A DNA stretch of 64,000 nucleotides, from contig OZ024740.1 of assembly GCA_964016885.1 (NCBI GenBank), forward strand, positions 71,362,001-71,426,000, in the 5' to 3' direction. Source of the DNA: Eledone cirrhosa (lineage: Eukaryota). Numbering within the stretch: position 1 is the stretch's first letter; each line of letters starts with the position of its first letter. Under the pieces are notes generated by a model. It saw only the letters and a list, made by a program, of their open reading frames with translations, did not search any database and was not told the DNA's origin. The translations under genes were made by a program, and so were the position numbers. Shown piece after piece: positions 61,150 to 64,000 of this stretch.

Positions 61150-61348
61150 TTAGCCCACACTGTAAAGAGGTCGTGTAGGAATCACGACAAAAAGCACCTA
61201 GCACACACTATAGATGTGGTTGGCGTTAGAAAGGGCATCCAGCCATAGAAACCAAGCCAGAAATAGTTCTGTATGAACAAAAGTCACAACCCGTCTAACC
61301 CATGCTAGCGTGGAAAATGAACGTTAAACGACGACGACGACGATGATG
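61150..61348 (+). mobile_element. RTE 3'-end repeat (many similar short tails across the window)
   Basis: AAGGGCATCCAGCC...CCCATGCTAGCGTGGAA...ACGTTAAACGA(C/T)GA tail. Confidence 0.75.
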
Positions 61349-64000
61349 TAAATTATCGGCAAATTGCAATTTCCAGCCTGTTGCACTTAAGACGTTTGGG
61401 GAGGAGTTGAACTGCTGACGATGTGATTTTTGTCATCCTTAGAGGCTCACTTTATTGAAGTATTAGGTGGTGTTTATGAGTATCTTGGCTTGCTTGAAAC
61501 ATTTTTAGAAGGCAACACTAGCATTATTCCTTGCTGTAGTGTGTAATTGAGTATACAGGCCACTCCCGAGTTTTTTCTTTCTGATTTTTTTTTACAAATC
61601 ATAACAATAATATTCATAATAAAAGTTTTATGAACGAAAAAATTTCATTTCACCATAAATTGATCACAAAAATGTATATCTTTGATCCTCAAATATATGT
61701 TGATAGCCCCTTGAAAACATAGCTTGCAACTGACCATCATTCTATGCTTGAGATTTGGGTCGAGTCAACAATTCCAAATATGTATCAACATCTTTATACC
61801 AAACACACCACGACCTTGAATAATACAAAACAAACACTATCGTAATCTAAGTAGTCTTGTTTACAGAAATTTCATATGTAAGTTTGTTTGTTTGTGTCTG
61901 TTTGCTTAAGAGACTAAATAAGTTTGTTTTTGGTGATGCATGTATGAAAGGTGTGTATGGTAGATGTACGCGCATGTGTAGGAGTTATATTTGTGGACGC
62001 CTTTTAATGAGAGTATGGGCGTAAGGATGCTTTCACATTTATGCTCTTGTTACTTTCGTAGTCTACTGACTAAATTTGAGTGTTTATATACGTGCATAGC
62101 TAAATATGTGAGGAAGTGCACTTTAGGCTTATTCAAATATGTGTACGTGCAGGTCTGTTTTAGTCTTTGTACGTGTTTGTGTTAGTATGTAGTGTTGTTT
62201 AGCCCCAAATCTTACCATAAACATCCCAGCCGGAGCCATACTCTCTTTTTTTTTTAATCATGCATAGAAAACTCCGAACTACATTATTCTTTCCTTTTTT
62301 TTAAAGATGGAAGGATGTGATTTGAGGAAGATTTGGTTGCTATTACCAGCAAACTGGATGATCGCATACGGCAGGGATGGCGAGCCCCTTATCTGTGGGC
62401 GAAATTTCGCCCGCATTCAAATTTGTCTCTCACCCTCCCCGGACGAAGTTTTTAAAACACCCAACAGTAAAGAATGGTAATCTAACATATGTTGCATACG
62501 TATGAATTTGTAAAATTAAAAGATTCGCCCCCTCCCCCTTTTTTTCAGGTTCTTACACAGTTACAATTAGACCAAGGCTCTGAAAGGGTTGACGACCTCC
62601 TCTAGCGTAAGGGCTCCCTCATTGAGCGTTACGTAATCAATGTGCTTGATATTGGCTATGTGTATACGTGACTGACGAAATGTATGTGTCTATATTTGTG
62701 CATGTGTACATAAGCGAGGTGTGTCTGTGAGTGGATATTTTGTATGGGTTGGCACAGTAATGTAATTTTTTTTTTTATCGTAGTGGTGGGTTAAGATGAG
62801 CGTGTTGAGTGCGAGTATGAGCACGTGTGTCACACAGTTTTATGTCTGAGTGCCCATGAGCATATGGAAAACTACTTGCATAAATATCTGTTATCAAGAA
62901 CTACATGTGCATGTAAACTAGACTTCATTATTCTAAGTCTCGTTAGGTTTCTCGCTCGTGTTTGTCTTACTTTCCGGCAACCAATTCTAACCTCTCTACA
63001 TGTAGCTATTTATGAGACCGCCCACACGTGTGTCGTTCTTGATTCTTGTAAATGATGTAAACAAATGGGTAGCGCAGCCGCTCAGAAACACTTTGTTTTT
63101 GTTATGATAATAAATAACAAATATACATGGGTACAGAAACAAAAACATTTATAACGAAAAGGATTCAATTGAAAACAAATCAAATATTGCGAGTGTGTTG
63201 GCTTGTCTAAAAAATGATTAGAAACTCCAGCGCCCCTTGTGGTGTATGATTGAGTGTGCGAGTTTTCTCTCTCTCTCTCTATATATATATAATTAACCTA
63301 TAAAAAATTTAAATTAGCTTCTCATAATAATTTCTAAATATTGGCACGTCAATAAATATGTAAGAAGTGGTACACATTTAAATGACCGTAGCTGACAACT
63401 AGCGATATTTAAATTCAAATATATGGATACAATAATGTATACTTATCTAGTTATCTACTAACAGAGGTCTAGTATTAGTTAAGATGGATTTCAAAAAATG
63501 TATATCAAGTCCGTAATAGTCCCATATGGATTGAATTTGAAATGAAATAGTGGTGATGATAATGATGTTGGTTTATATATAAATCGATAAAATGTTTTTC
63601 AAGACTTGTCTATGAACAAGCAAACAAACACTGCCAACAAACATATTTTATCATCCACATCTATAACATTATGAAATTATTAAAAAATTGTGAGAAGTTC
63701 ATAAATATTTTGCAAAAAGTGCTTTTATAAATAATAATCAGAAAAAGAAAAGGAAAATTGGAATGTATATTAAATTAACTATCATAAAGAAAAATTAGTT
63801 GTGTTCGGCGTGGAGAATTTGAATTCCATTCTATTTTGGTAGCGAAAACATTCTGTTTGTTTAGGATGAAAACAATAGTGAGCGAGAAAAACAGACAGAA
63901 CAAAAAGTATGGAAGTTTATAGGCGCAGAAAATGTGTTTTTACCTATATATCCCGTCCTTGACCGATATATAAATATGGTAAACAATCTTCACATCTGGT

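Noticed and set aside
62372-62540. hAT-like element starting CAGGGATGGCGA
   Set aside because: No convincing matching terminus or 8-bp TSD

Overview
AT-rich, repeat-dense eukaryotic (invertebrate) genomic DNA. The SINE families, the RTE LINEs with (GAT)n tails and the (TA)n richness look octopus/cephalopod-like (inference). Positions 2612-43058 (minus strand) hold a complete MTREX/MTR4 (SKIV2L2) exosome RNA helicase gene. I rebuilt it by hand as 26 coding exons, all GT-AG with consistent phases, 3075 nt, 1024 aa. Its introns are filled with SINEs, RTE-type LINE fragments and TTAA-flanked piggyBac elements. The most unusual part is 43.6-50.8 kb, just upstream of the MTREX promoter. It is a cluster of (TA)n-embedded Penelope-like modules with two RT-less GIY-YIG endonuclease frames and about eight hammerhead ribozyme motifs, most of them minimal type I. 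Each module tends to be a terminal repeat plus an inverted copy of itself. One 2.7-kb unit has about 545-bp inverted repeats, each carrying a hammerhead, around a lone GIY-YIG ORF. One hammerhead appears to have been converted into a near-perfect palindrome. Further right are mariner, CRE-like and RTE-like fragments and a possible second promoter near 56.2 kb. All calls are by eye; no searches or folding programs were run.
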